This document shows, in pieces, positions 15,502-28,859 of a stretch of DNA of 64,000 nt (within the stretch, counting starts at the first letter, position 1; every line of letters starts with the position of its first letter). Source of the stretch: Eledone cirrhosa (lineage: Eukaryota); assembly GCA_964016885.1 (NCBI GenBank), contig OZ024759.1, positions 15,748,001 to 15,812,000 of the forward strand, given 5' to 3'. Under the pieces are notes generated by a model. That model did no database searches. It saw only the letters and a list, made by a program, of their open reading frames with translations, and was not told the origin of the DNA. The position numbers and the translations under genes were made by a program.

Positions 15502-15968
15502 TATAAACTATAATAAAGTAAGGAGTGCGGGACTGCGTACAGTTTATAATTTTTTATCCCATTAAGTAAAATAAGTTGGATTACCTTGAATAAATAATTA
15601 ATGAATATTACATAATTTATCTACTAAATTTCGTGGCTGTTGATTAAATATATTTTATTGTTCATTTAAAGATTCACTTCTTTAAAATTATCAAATTTCA
15701 ACACTTCCGGTTAGCGATCGCTTAAATAAACATTCATATATTTCCGTTACTAATTTTCTCCTAATGCAGTTTATATATAATATCGTCTTTTTTTAATGTA
15801 TCATGGATTACGTTACTGATTACATAAGAAAGTGTAAAACAGTCTTCTTTTTATTTCTGTGTATATTGTCAATTACGATTATATTCATGTATCATATCTA
15901 CATGTATATATACCTGCGTATAATAGCAAGCTAGCAGAAAACCACCCGAAGGGTGGGTTTTCTGCTAG
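15502..15968 (+). mobile_element. Non-autonomous Helitron-like element
   Basis: Homologous to 36781-37452; 3' hairpin and CTAG followed by T. Confidence 0.7.
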
Positions 15969-16087
15969 TATATATGTATATATATATATATATATATAAT
16001 TCTATGTGTGCGTACGTATACGTATGTTAGTAAATTGAATCTGCGCAACTCTACAATTACCATAAGGTAATATATTATGTTATATAT

Positions 16088-16147
<60 letters not shown>

Positions 16148-16675
16148 ATGCTACTCCAAGCGTTAAACTAATTTATTTCTTCCATGTACTGTGCCATTTG
16201 TTTTGTTATTTCTATTTACCTTTTACATACATACATACATGCATATATATACACATATATATACATATATATACATTGTATATATACACATGTATATACA
16301 TATGTATATACACACATACACATGTATTATATAATATATATATGTGTATGTATATATATATATACATACATATAAATATGTATATACACATGTATTATAT
16401 AATATATATATATATGTATGTATGTGTGTATATACATATATATATACACATATATACACATATATACATACATATGTATATATACACATATGTACACACA
16501 CACACACACACACATGTATTATATAATATATATATACACACATACATATAGATACATACATATGTATATATACACATACACACATGTATATATACACACA
16601 CATGTATATATACAAACATATACACACATATACACACACACATATATACACATATATATACACATATATACACAT

Positions 16676-16715
<40 letters not shown>

Positions 16716-17039
16716 CACTCTACTAGTAATCGACTAACTTTCTCTCCAGTTGTTCCCTGTTCGTTCAAATATATTTAGTAGAATAAGAACCATTTCTTTC
16801 CTGCCTCCCCTTCTTCCCCTTCTTCAGTAACAAGTATTGATCTGAGACAAATAATATTGTTTTTCTCGTGTTCTTATTATTGTTATTTTACACGTTTCTT
16901 TATCTATTCATTTATTTATTGGATGCTGTTAGTTTTATTGTTAATATTTTTTACTTTCTTCTCGTTGCTGTTGTTGTTTTTCATCATTCAGTCGCATTTG
17001 CAGCTGACCAATTTGATAATATGCCGAGTTACCAGCCGA

Positions 17040-17130
17040 TGTGTCTACCGTAAACTCATTTCCTGAATTGTATGTTCGTATGTGTATATTATACAGCCCG
17101 AGATATTTCGCTTTCAGTGTTAGTTTACAG
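17040..17130 (-). pseudogene. Possible decayed C-terminus of a PLE (Neptune-type) GIY-YIG ORF
   Basis: CKLTLKAKYLGLYNIHIRTYNSGNEF, then frameshifted GRH, resembles the CxLCLxEK...LNxRxE...CRH motif; recognised from memory only. Confidence 0.35.
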
Positions 17131-17816
17131 TTGGGATAGGTGTCAAAAAGCTGAACCACGATACAGTAACTATAGTACAAGAAAAAGAACTAAATTTTCC
17201 AGTTAGAGCCGTTACATCTATTGCCTTCTCTAGCAAACATCTTTTGTTATTCAGGCCTGGAAAGATGAAGGGCTCTGCCAGGTTTAGATAAAAACGCATC
17301 TCCGACTTCCCCGGGAGTTACAGGCCCACACGTACAAACATGGGGTCAACTTTAACTTTTATCCATTTGTGATTGATAAAAATGTACCAGTCTCCTACTG
17401 TAGTCAATTATTCCACTCTCTATATCTTTCTCTGGATGAAATATGTTGTATTCAGACCTAGGGAGAATGGGCTCCACCAGGTTTTGAAAAAAGAATGCCC
17501 TAGAAACGCTGTATATCAATTCGCCACCACTACGATTCCCACATGAGTTACTGGTATATACATACATACATCGCGGTACTATCTACCTATGGGGCATGAT
17601 GTAGTGGCCAAAACACTGTACATTGTAATCTGTAGAAAAGATAGCCCCGATAATAAACACATTAAAAGCTATAGCAATGTGGAAGACATACATTTATATA
17701 AGATGTAAAAAGTAGTTCTAATCTGAACTTATGTCAGTGATATATATCACAGATTTCAAATCTTCTATTTTAGAAATAAGAAAGTCGAAGTACTATGAGA
17801 ATCCTTCAAAGATACT

Positions 17817-18085
17817 TGTGACAGAAGCACAGGAAGTGTGTGACAGAAGCAAAGGAAGTGTGTGATAGAAGCAAAGGAAGTGTGACAATAACAGCAGCAA
17901 CAACAACGAAAATGGCAGTAGAGTCATTAAAACATCTGACTGATAAAATTACAAGTCAGAATGGACAGAATGGAGAAGGTGTTTCGCCGGAGGACGGCAA
18001 GGGAGACGCTGGAAAAGGCATTCAAGCTCGCGGGGCTCACACCTGAGGCTGGCCAGTTCAGCGCCTGTGGTGGTGAGTAGCGCTG
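17817..18085 (+). mobile_element. Possible LINE 5' end/ORF1 fragment
   Basis: Three to four GTGACAGAAGCAAAGGAAGT repeats followed by a GC-rich, frameshifted coding-like segment. Confidence 0.3.
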
Positions 18086-18099
18086 GTCATTAGATATAT

Positions 18100-18735
18100 A
18101 TAATATGAAAGAATACTGGTGGAATGTTCCAGTAAAAACCCCAATAAAATGCAGGCATAACAGACCAGATATAACGATATGCGACAGGGAAAAGAAGGCA
18201 TGCACAGTAGTGGAAGTTAGCTGTCCAGCAGATGCCAATATAATATCAAAGATTAGGGAAGATTATGCAGAACTAATGAGAAATCAGCAGATATCCGCCC
18301 TGATTATACCTTCAGATTTATGTCTGTGATTATTGGGGCACTGGGGTATGTTAGTAACTGCCTCAATACAAATCTTGAAAATCTGGGCTTCACAGAAGCA
18401 GAAAGAACACGACTAGTTAGGAAATTACAAGTACAATCCATTAATGGAACAGTAAAAATACGTAAAACATTCCAAAACTTCTGCATCTAATAATTGCATA
18501 TACACTTGTACAGATACAAAGCATATACATATGCACACATACAACTCAAAACACACATCCACACATACAATCACATCCATACCTGCACACACACACACAT
18601 ACACATACATGCAGACGTGCATACATATCTACCTAGTTGATGTTGTGTAAATTCCAATGAGAGCGTATTGTGTCTATTTTAGAAACCGACTCTCTCTCTA
18701 TTGGTAAAAATTTATAAAATTATAAAACCAGAACA
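18100..18735 (+). mobile_element. 3' fragment of an R4/Dong-like non-LTR retrotransposon (restriction-like endonuclease domain)
   Basis: WWNVPVKT...HNRPDI...VEVSCP (PD-D/ExK type), frameshift, then VIIGALGYV...KTFQNFCI*; second copy at 62419-62896. Confidence 0.8.
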
Positions 18736-19104
18736 TACATAAATCTAGTAAGCCATGACAGACTAGAGAAAGTATTTAGTACTTCTTACAGTTGAGAGAC
18801 AAAGACAGAACAAGATATACAGAGATAAGTGAATATAAAAGAATCTACGTTTCTTTCGACAATCGACGGTTCTATTTGATATAACTGGATCACCGTCATC
18901 TTCGACGATGATAAAACATCTAGTTGTTCAGACAACGGAACGGAACACGGTCAGCTTATGAAATTAACGTCCAAGTGGCTGAGCATTCTACAGATATGTT
19001 TATCCTTAACGTAATTCTCAGGAATGTTCCACGTTAAACGGTGTATGGACAATGCAACGCTTTTGAATTACAGTTACAAGTAGTTTTTGGCCAGTTATGA
19101 CTAC

Positions 19105-19220
19105 CACAACAACGTGAAATAAAGTGCCTCGTTCAATGACAGAAAACACCGCCCGCAATCGAACACATAACATTACTATTGTCAACCAAAAATTTCTAGC
19201 CATTAAGCCACGTGCCTCCA
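19105..19220 (-). mobile_element. SINE family S2, diverged
   Basis: caacgtgaaataaagtg...aatcgaac...aagccacgtgcc. Confidence 0.6.
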
Positions 19221-19256
19221 TGTTTTATTTGTGCAATTAATAGAAAGGCAGAATAT

Positions 19257-19462
19257 TGGTTTCTGATTTAGGTTAACGATTTGGGGACAGAGGAAAATCG
19301 ATTAAATTGACCTCCAGAGCATTGCTGTTACTTTATTTTATCGACACCGTAAAGATGCAAAGCTAACCTCGGAAGGATTTGAACTCAAATCGTAAAGGGG
19401 CGAAACCCTATGCTATAAAGCCTGTTGTCTGACGTTCTACCAATACTGCCAATCCACTGCAA
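19257..19462 (-). mobile_element. SINE family S1, diverged
   Basis: tactttattttatcgac...gatttgaactc...aatactgccaatccac. Confidence 0.7.
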
Positions 19463-20351
19463 TCGAAAAGCGTAATATTAAAATGAACGTTTAAGTCACT
19501 GTGTGTGTATGTATATGTGCTTTTGGTCCTTTGTGTGTGTGTGCGTGTATGTGTGCTATTGTATATGTGATCGTGTGTGTGACTGCATGTGTATGTGACT
19601 GGGCGAGGGCAACTATTTGTGTGTATGTGTATATAGCTTTGTGCCTTCCAAATGCGTGCAGATAACAAGCCTATTGAAACGCAGCTAAAGCAAGACGTCA
19701 ATGTATATACATACGAATGTGTTTGAAAGAGTTTATAGGTTTATAACTACCAAATGCAACGCGATAACAGGTGTGAGTGTGTGTATGTATGTATTTATGT
19801 ATGTATATGTACGACTGTATCTGTGCCTGTTGAGGTGTATGTGTGTCTATATATGCATGTGTGTGTGTTGGTATGTTTTACTGTGTCTACGGATGTATGT
19901 ATGTATTGATGTGTATGTGTAGGTTTCTATCGCCTAAATGCGAGCAGACGACTGTTCGTTCGAAAAGCAGTGAAGACAAAATGGCCGCCGGATAGATTAG
20001 TTTAATAGTCAAGAGATTAGACAGTAAACTAAGAATAACCTTTGCTGGGAATATAAGTATATAGAAATTAATTGAGAGGATTTTGTCGATGAATTTTTCG
20101 TCTCATGTCTGGGATTAAAGAGAGGGAGGAATGATAGAGGAAGGGACTGAAGGAGTGTGAGGTAGAGAGAGAAGTAGCCTGAAAGGGAGAGTGACAGTGT
20201 GGGAGAAAGAGGGGTAAAGAGGGTGTGAAGGAGAGAGTGAAGTAGAAAGTGTGCGAGGAAAAAAAAAGAGAGGACGAGGAAGAGAGACATAGGGCTTGTG
20301 AAATGCAGAAAGAAACTTCCTTTTCTTCATTATTCTTCCTTTTCCTCATTA

Positions 20352-20486
20352 TCTATCTTTCTCTGGAAGAAATCTGCTGTATTCAGACCTGGAGACCAGA
20401 TGTGCTCTGCCAGGTTTTAAAATATCATAAGAAACACCGTATGTCAATATGGCGCCCCTACGACTCCCTCCGGAGTTACGGGTCCA
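20352..20486 (+). repeat. Unclassified ~135-bp interspersed repeat; other copies at 17225-17328, 17422-17552 and 28691-28828 (-)
   Basis: Shared tctctgga.gaaat...gtattcagacct...ccaggtttt...cgactccc..gagttac.gg motifs. Confidence 0.6.
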
Positions 20487-20814
20487 TAGCAAATGTCTTA
20501 CCTTAGCCTAATGGATAAGTTCGCTTTACAACCATTAGGTTGGCGATTTGATTCCACTGTGTGGCAGCTTCGGGTCAAGAAAATTCCAGTTGTCATCTGG
20601 GCTTTGGGATTCAGTACCACTAAAACCGAGAAGGTATCTGAAGCAAGTAGATCTCGAAATTGCTCTCCTACAAAAACCAGCCCTGTTGGACTCTGCCCAT
20701 GTATTCACGAAAGTACTGTCTGTCTAAGGTCCCTGTTGAAGCCCAAGATTCAGTGATTATCATATTGAAAGTGCAAACCACTCATAATAGACATTTCTTT
20801 ATCGGACCAATAAT

Positions 20815-21800
20815 AATGATTTAGGTACAAGGCTCACATTTTTAGGGGGAAGGGAAAGTCGATCAACTCGACCCCAGTGCATGACTGGTACTTTATTTTA
20901 TCGACCCCTTAAGGATGAAAGGCGAAGCTAACTTCGGCGAGATTTGAACTCAGAACTTAAAGGGCCGTAACTATATACCGCGAAGCAGGGTGTACGATGC
21001 TCTATCACCCTTATTGGACTAATGATAATAACAATAGTTTCTGATTTTAGGCACAAGGCCAACGATTTTGAGGCAGGAAAAATTTAATTCACTTGACCCC
21101 AGTGCATTACTGGTGCTTTATTTTATCGACCCCGTGAGGATGTAAGGCAAAGCTATCCTCGGTGGGATTTGAACTCAGAACGTAAAGGGCCATAACTATG
21201 TCACAAAGCATGTTATCCGACGCTCTACCTATACTGCCAATCCATCGCCCTTATCGAACCAATAATAATAATAATGTTTCTACTTTTGGCACAAGGCCAG
21301 CAATTATCCCAGTGTATTACTGGTACTTTATTTTTATCGACCCCCGTAAGGATGAAAGGCAAAGTTAACCTCGGCGGGATTTGAACTCAGAATGGCAAGG
21401 GCCGTACGTAACTCTATGCGTCAAAGCATGGCGTCCGACCCTCTACCGATACTGCCAATCCAATAGTGTTTCTACTATCGGCACAAAGCCAACAATTACC
21501 CCAGTGCATTACTGGTACTTTATTTTATCGACCCCGTAAGGATGAAAGGCAAAGTTAACCTTGGTAGGATTCGAACTCAGAACGTTAAGGGCCATAACTC
21601 TGTTGCAAAGCATGGCGTCTGATGTTCTACCGAGAGGGCCAAACTACCGCCCGCTAACTTATATAATAATTGTTTCTACTATCGGCACAAGGCCAGCAAT
21701 TACCCCAGTGCATTACTGGTACTTTATGTCATCGACTCCATAAGGATGAAAGGTAAAGTTTAGTTCGTCGGCGGGATTTGAACTCAGATCAAAAGGGCCT
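20815..21800 (-). mobile_element. Cluster of five head-to-tail S1 SINEs
   Basis: Copies begin at about 20815, 21037, 21276, 21468 and 21670, all on the minus strand. Confidence 0.85.
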
Positions 21801-22599
21801 TATCTTCGTTGCTATCAGTGACAGAGGAAAGAATATTACAAATAGATATTACAAAAATGGTGGTGAAATATTTGTTTGGTGAGGGGGGGGGGGAGCACGA
21901 GAGAATCGATTGTACAGGGAAAAGTGCAATTATAATAAAACAATAAATACAATCATAAAAACAACTCTACACAAAAGGAATTGCATAATAATGATCATAA
22001 AGAAACCATTATTATTTCTATTATTACTATTAATATCATCATCATCATAAAACAATAATTACAATAGTAATGAGGATAAAAATGATGTAATTATCAACAC
22101 CACCACCACCACCACCACCATCATCATCACACTATTATTATTATTATTATTATTATTATTACTACTATTATTATTATTATTATCAGCAGCAGCAGTGAAA
22201 TTCCTTGTAGAAAACAGGTGTTCAATAATGAATTTCTGTTTTAGAAGTCGTAATGAAATATAACAGCAACAACAACGAGGTGAATGGAGTGGTGGGTAGA
22301 GGTGGTGGTGGTGGTGGTGGTGGTGGATAACTTGGGGGTGGGCTGAGTAGAAAAGGGGGGGAGGGGGAAGGGAGGGGGTGAAATAAATTTTAAAAAATGA
22401 ACCCAAAAAGAAAATAAGTGTAAGACGAAGTATGGTGATGACAACACCAACACCAACTGGGGGAGGGAGCTGGGGGGAGAGGATGGTGTTGGAGGGGGAG
22501 TCGGGGGAGCCGAGAGAAAGGGGGGGGGTGAAAGAAAGAAAGAAAAAAGGAAAAAAGAGGTAAACCAAAAATATAAAGATGATGACGAAGTTGGATAAT

Positions 22600-23540
22600 G
22601 ATGACAATACAATATATAAATAAATCATCAACGTCATCATCATCATCACCACCATCACCACTACCGTCATCATCACCATCGCTATCTCCATCCCCACCAC
22701 CACCACTGTCATCGACACTACCATCACCACTAACACCATTATGCTCACCATTACCATCACCACTACCAACATCATCATCATCACCATCACCACAATCATC
22801 ATCATCGTCATCATCATCATCGCTATCTCCATCGTCATCACCACCACCACCACCATCACCTACACTGCCGACACCACCCTCTCCATCACCTATTCTGTCA
22901 AACATCCCCGTCCCCACCATCAACACCACCAACCACACTATCACCACCACCACCTACACTGCCAACACCCATACCCACCACCACCACTACCAACACCGCC
23001 ACCATCACCCCCCCCCCCAACTATCATCACCTACTCTGCGAACATCCCCGTCCCCACCATCAACACCACCATCCCCACCACCAACCCACCAACCCCAACT
23101 ATCATCACCTACTCTGCCAACATCCCCGTCCCCACCATCAACACCACCCTCCCCACCTACCCCAACTATCATCACCTACTCTGCCCACATCCCCGTCCCC
23201 ACCATCAACACCACCCTCCCCACCTATCATCACCTACTCTGCCCACATCCCCGTCCCCACCATCAACACCACCCTCCCCACCAACCCCAACTATCATCAC
23301 CTACTCTGCCAACATCCCCGTCCCCACCATCAACACCACCCTCCCCACCAACCCCAACTATCATCACCTACTCTGCCAACATCCCCGTCCCCACCATCAA
23401 CACCACCCTCCCCACAACCCCAACTATCATCACCTACTCTGCCAACATCCCCGTCCCCACCATCAACACCACCATCACCACCACCACGTCTGCCAACAGC
23501 CCCCCATCCCCACCACCACCATCATCATGAACATCATCAC
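22600..23540. repeat. (CAT/CAC)n low-complexity DNA plus a ~66-bp C-rich minisatellite
   Basis: About 7-8 units of ctatcatcacctactctgccaacatccccgtccccaccatcaacaccacc. Confidence 0.85.
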
Positions 23541-23793
23541 CATTGTTCTAAATTGTAATTCTGTTGTTTGGTGTCAAATACGACCTTAATTATTTACGAA
23601 ATTCCTCGGTGTACGTGTGTGTATGTTTATGACAGTGTTATATATGTGTGTGTGTGGGTGTATATAATTGTGTATACATATATAATTTTGTGTATATATA
23701 TATATGTGTGTGTGTGCGTCTGTAATTGTGTGTGTGTATATATATATATGTTTGTGTGTGCGTTTGTGTGTGTATATTAGTATGTATGCCTGC

Positions 23794-23837
<44 letters not shown>

Positions 23838-24072
23838 AAATATGTGTTTGTGTATATGAGTATATATGCCTATGTATGTAAATATGAATGTGCGTCTGCA
23901 TATATATATATGTGTGTGTGTGCGTGTGTGTGTATGAGTGCATGTGTGTGTATATGAGCATGTATGTCTGTGTATATGTGCGTAAATGAGTATGTGTGTG
24001 TATGCCTGTGTATTTGTGTGCAAATATGTATGCATGAGTGCGTGTATTTGTGTATATGAGTATGTATACCTC

Positions 24073-24300
<228 letters not shown>

Positions 24301-24359
24301 ATACGTGAGTGGCATCTTCTGTCTACATACATGTGAATTGACATATGTTCTGGATGAGA

Positions 24360-24443
24360 AAATCCATGTGTGTTACTAAGTATTTTCTCTGCATATATAT
24401 ATATATACACACACACAAATCCATGTGTACGTTCCTAAGATTT

Positions 24444-24484
<41 letters not shown>

Positions 24485-24515
24485 AATCCATGTGTACGTT
24501 CCTAAGATTTTTCTG

Positions 24516-24549
<34 letters not shown>

Positions 24550-24702
24550 AATCCATGTGTACGTTCCTAAGATTTTTCTGTGTATATATATATATATATA
24601 TACACACACAAATCCATGTGTACGTTCCTAAGATTTTTCTGTGTATATATATATATATACACACACAAATCCATGTGTACGTTCCTAAGATTTTTCTGTA
24701 TC

Positions 24703-24734
<32 letters not shown>

Positions 24735-24809
24735 AATCCATGTGTACGTTCCTAAGATTTTTCTGTGTATATATATATACACAAATCCATGTGTACGTTC
24801 CTAAGATTT

Positions 24810-24852
<43 letters not shown>

Positions 24853-24878
24853 AATCCATGTGTACGTTCCTAAGATTT

Positions 24879-24915
<37 letters not shown>

Positions 24916-25003
24916 AATCCATGTGTACGTTCCTAAGATTTTTCTGTGTATATATATATATATACACACACAAATCCATGTGTACGTTCCTAAGATTTTT
25001 CTG

Positions 25004-25037
<34 letters not shown>

Positions 25038-25125
25038 AATCCATGTGTACGTTCCTAAGATTTTTCTGTGTATATATATATATATACACACACAAATCCA
25101 TGTGTACGTTCCTAAGATTTTTCTG

Positions 25126-25157
<32 letters not shown>

Positions 25158-25247
25158 AATCCATGTGTACGTTCCTAAGATTTTTCTGTATATATATATA
25201 GATATATACACACACAAATCCATGTGTACGTTCCTAAGATTTTTCTG

Positions 25248-25281
<34 letters not shown>

Positions 25282-25371
25282 AATCCATGTGTACGTTCCT
25301 AAGATTTTTCTGTGTATATATATATATATATACACACACAAATCCATGTGTACGTTCCTAAGATTTTTCTG

Positions 25372-25405
<34 letters not shown>

Positions 25406-25431
25406 AATCCATGTGTACGTTCCTAAGATTT

Positions 25432-25470
<39 letters not shown>

Positions 25471-25670
25471 AACCCATGTGTACGTTCCTAAGATTTTTCT
25501 GTGTATATATATATATATACACACACAAATCCATGTGTACGTTCCTAAGATTTTTCTGTGTATATATATATATATACACACACAAATCCATGTGTACGTT
25601 CCTAAGATTTTTCTGTGTATATATATATACACAAATCCATGTGTACGTTCCTAAGATTTTTCTGTATATA
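24360..25670. repeat. Minisatellite: constant 32-bp core with variable (TA)n(CA)n spacer, about 22 copies
   Basis: AAATCCATGTGTACGTTCCTAAGATTTTTCTG repeated at 49-69 bp spacing. Confidence 0.95.
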
Positions 25671-25919
25671 CTCTTTTACTCTTTTACCTGTTTCAGCCAT
25701 CCGGCTGAGGCCATGCTGGGGCACCGCCCTTGGAAAAAGATTAGCTTCGCCCACAGGGGGATATATATATATATATATACAGAAAGAGGATATGCTCCGA
25801 AATCAATAGACGTGTCCAAGGAACCTGCGAGCCTAGAGTCAGGTAGATCCACGCACGGATCGCACCTCGAGATGTTCGCCGGGGATCAATTGTAACACAC
25901 AATAAATTGAGTTCCATTC

Positions 25920-25955
<36 letters not shown>

Positions 25956-26152
25956 CATACATACAAGTGGAAGCTTAGTAAAATCGAAGCTTTGGCTGTG
26001 GCCAAGCAAAGTCGACCTACAATAGGAATGAGTTAGCAAAGCACTCAATAGTATGTTATTAGAGTAATAACATACGTTTAAATAGCTTGACAAATTGAAC
26101 ATAGTGGTAGGCAAAACCCAACCACACAATACCAAAGCACGAAAGAACTAAC

Positions 26153-26191
<39 letters not shown>

Positions 26192-26204
26192 AGTAAGTAA
26201 GACC

Positions 26205-26404
26205 NNNNNNNNNNNNNNNNNNNNNNNNNNNNNNNNNNNNNNNNNNNNNNNNNNNNNNNNNNNNNNNNNNNNNNNNNNNNNNNNNNNNNNNNNNNNNNNN
26301 NNNNNNNNNNNNNNNNNNNNNNNNNNNNNNNNNNNNNNNNNNNNNNNNNNNNNNNNNNNNNNNNNNNNNNNNNNNNNNNNNNNNNNNNNNNNNNNNNNNN
26401 NNNN
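26205..26404. other. Assembly gap (200 N)
   Basis: Run of N. Confidence 1.
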
Positions 26405-26724
26405 AGATCAATTGCAGGGGGTTGCTTCTTATAGAACCCTCTAGAAGACATGACTTGGGACTGGCTAATGATCCTCTAAAAAATAAGAAGAATATGACAA
26501 GAACAACCATCTCCGCCTCGGGTAGTAATAGGGGCCAGGCCAAATTTAAAATGTGATACCCATCAAAAAGTTTATAAGTATTTTACAAGGTTGAATCTGG
26601 TTGAATTCAAAATGAAGAGATTAAAACTTTGAAATTTAAACCGCATGAAATCGTCTCTGATTTTGTTTTTGTTTTAAAGTGTTTAATATTTATCTAAAAC
26701 CTTTTTCTTTGTCCATTTATTCAT

Positions 26725-26960
26725 TATAATGTTCTAAGGACAAGGTCCTCAGACACGACTTCCTGGGGGTTGTATTGGAAGCAACCGTCTGTAAATGATC
26801 CACCTGGATCCCCCAAGCGTGACCCCATGAAGATATGGATGTTATCCAACCATCTTGTTCGTGGTCTACATTTGAGTCTCCCGTCTGTTGGATTTGCCCG
26901 GAAAATTTGCCCTGTGATTCTTTCCTTAGACATTCTAACGACATGTCCATAGCACAGGAA
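26725..26960 (-). mobile_element. RTE-like LINE ORF C-terminal fragment
   Basis: YGHVVRMSKERITGQIF...RPRTRWLDNI matches the GHVxRM...GRPxxRWxD RTE C-terminal motif. Confidence 0.75.
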
Positions 26961-28452
26961 TTGTGATCTCTTGATATGGAGATTTAAAATTTTATGTATG
27001 TATTTATTCATTTAAGTTTGGTGGTTCACCGCTGGATAGAACTGGTCATTCCATATAGTCAACCATGATGTAATATTACGAAAAGCACTCGACGTTATGC
27101 AACTCATCCATCTTTGATGTTGAATCTTGTTGATGGTGCGAGAACGGGGTTAATTGTTATTGAGTAAAATGAGAAAGACAACAACTTGATCGACTTCGAA
27201 TCAAAAACATTTTTCTCTGTTTTTTGTAGCCTCTGAGATTGTGTTTACCAATATTCCTTTATTAGATAACCAACAGCTTAATAATTAAAGTTAGTTGTAT
27301 TACTAAATCTCTCAAAATTCTGAGTTATTCTCGAAATCAAATGAAGGAAACAGTGCCTTTTTCATTAGAAATGTGGCAACGAAAGGGATAAACATTGATA
27401 CCCACACGCATGGACCACAGCAGCTCAAGGTAGAAATATATAGAGATCAGAGTGATGTACTTTAGATATACTACGATACTACAGATATACTATGGATCAT
27501 ATCTTCATGGTCGACTATCGACGGAAAACCTATGATGGTAATTACCTCTCTGCGTGCATGATTGTGTGCGTGCGTGCATGTAAATGAATGGAAACCTTGC
27601 CAGTTTTCTTGCAAAAGAAAAAGGGAAATGCAAGAAAATTAAATCATTTTGTAATTCCCAGTCTCATATCTCTGCTTAACGCATAGCTAAATATTTGGAG
27701 GATCAAATTCCTACACCAGAATAAGAAGTTAGCCGTTTGTTATCTTTCATCAGCCGCAATAAAATGTGATGTATCACGCTAATGTCATATGGGAATAAGA
27801 AAATTCTACAAGAAAAAAAAACTCATTCCCTTAGGATAAAGTTTCCAAGAAATATATATTTCTCGTCTTAACGGCAATGTATCACGCCTAAAATGTTTTC
27901 CCTTAGCTAAATACTTTGAAACAACGCTAAAGCAACACGTGGTAGTGTAGAACATATATCAAGATCTATGACCTAACCTTCTCATTTATTGGCAAGTTTT
28001 CATGAAATATGCCGAGAGTTGTTCAAACTCGCGTGATTTTCGGCACAGCTATAACAAAAGCAAACGAATAAATCTTAACCAATGAGTAAAATATGTGAGC
28101 TACTACAAGGTCACTTCATTTGCTCGATATAAGAGACAAAGATCACTCAAAACATTATCTACACTACTATCAGAAGAATAAGAACGAGAAGGGAAAATAT
28201 AGTCCTTAGTACACAAGATGTGATGAGGATCAGGCCTAGAAGATCCCTGACCACCATGGACACCAGATGCAAATCCTATTCACTTCCGATTTTCCAGCCC
28301 ACGGCACATGCTTGGAGTAAACCTATTTACTTTGCCCATTCTCTATATAAGGCGCACCTCTGTCCGTCCCACCACCTCCATCGACATTAACAAATATACT
28401 TATGGCAGTGTAGTACTTCCCTCACTATTCGAACATTTATTTCAATAAAAAA

Positions 28453-28665
28453 GGTTTCTGATTTAGGTACAAGAACAACAATTTTGGAAGAAGGGAAAGT
28501 CGATTAAATCGACCCCCACTGCATTACTGGTACTTTATTTTATCGACCGATCCCTTAAGGATGAAAAGCAAAGCTAGCCTCGGTGGCATTTGAATTCAGA
28601 ACGTAAAAATTCATAACTAAATACCATAGAGCATTTTGTCCGACGCTTTACCGATTCTGCCAATA
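28453..28665 (-). mobile_element. SINE family S1
   Basis: Reverse complement of the S1 core and B box. Confidence 0.75.
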
Positions 28666-28859
28666 CACAATGTTAATAATGGTATGACAAGGACCCGTAA
28701 CTACCGAGGGGGTCAGAGGAGGGCCATATTGATATACATCATTTCTTAAGACATTTTTTTTTTAGATCTGTCGGAGCTCATCTCTTCTCCATGTCTGATT
28801 ACAGCAGATTTCTTCCTGAGAAGAATAGCGTGAGTAAGAGAGAAATGAAGTGAGAAAAA

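Noticed and set aside
22598-23589. Extensin/mucin-like gene
   Set aside because: It is a tandem repeat open in several frames on both strands, with no supportable gene structure.
24360-25670. CRISPR array
   Set aside because: Spacers are only (TA)n(CA)n, there are no cas genes, and the context is eukaryotic.
27010-27145. Possible host exon on the minus strand (SAFRNITSWL)
   Set aside because: It is short, ends in a stop codon, and has no supportable splice sites or homology.
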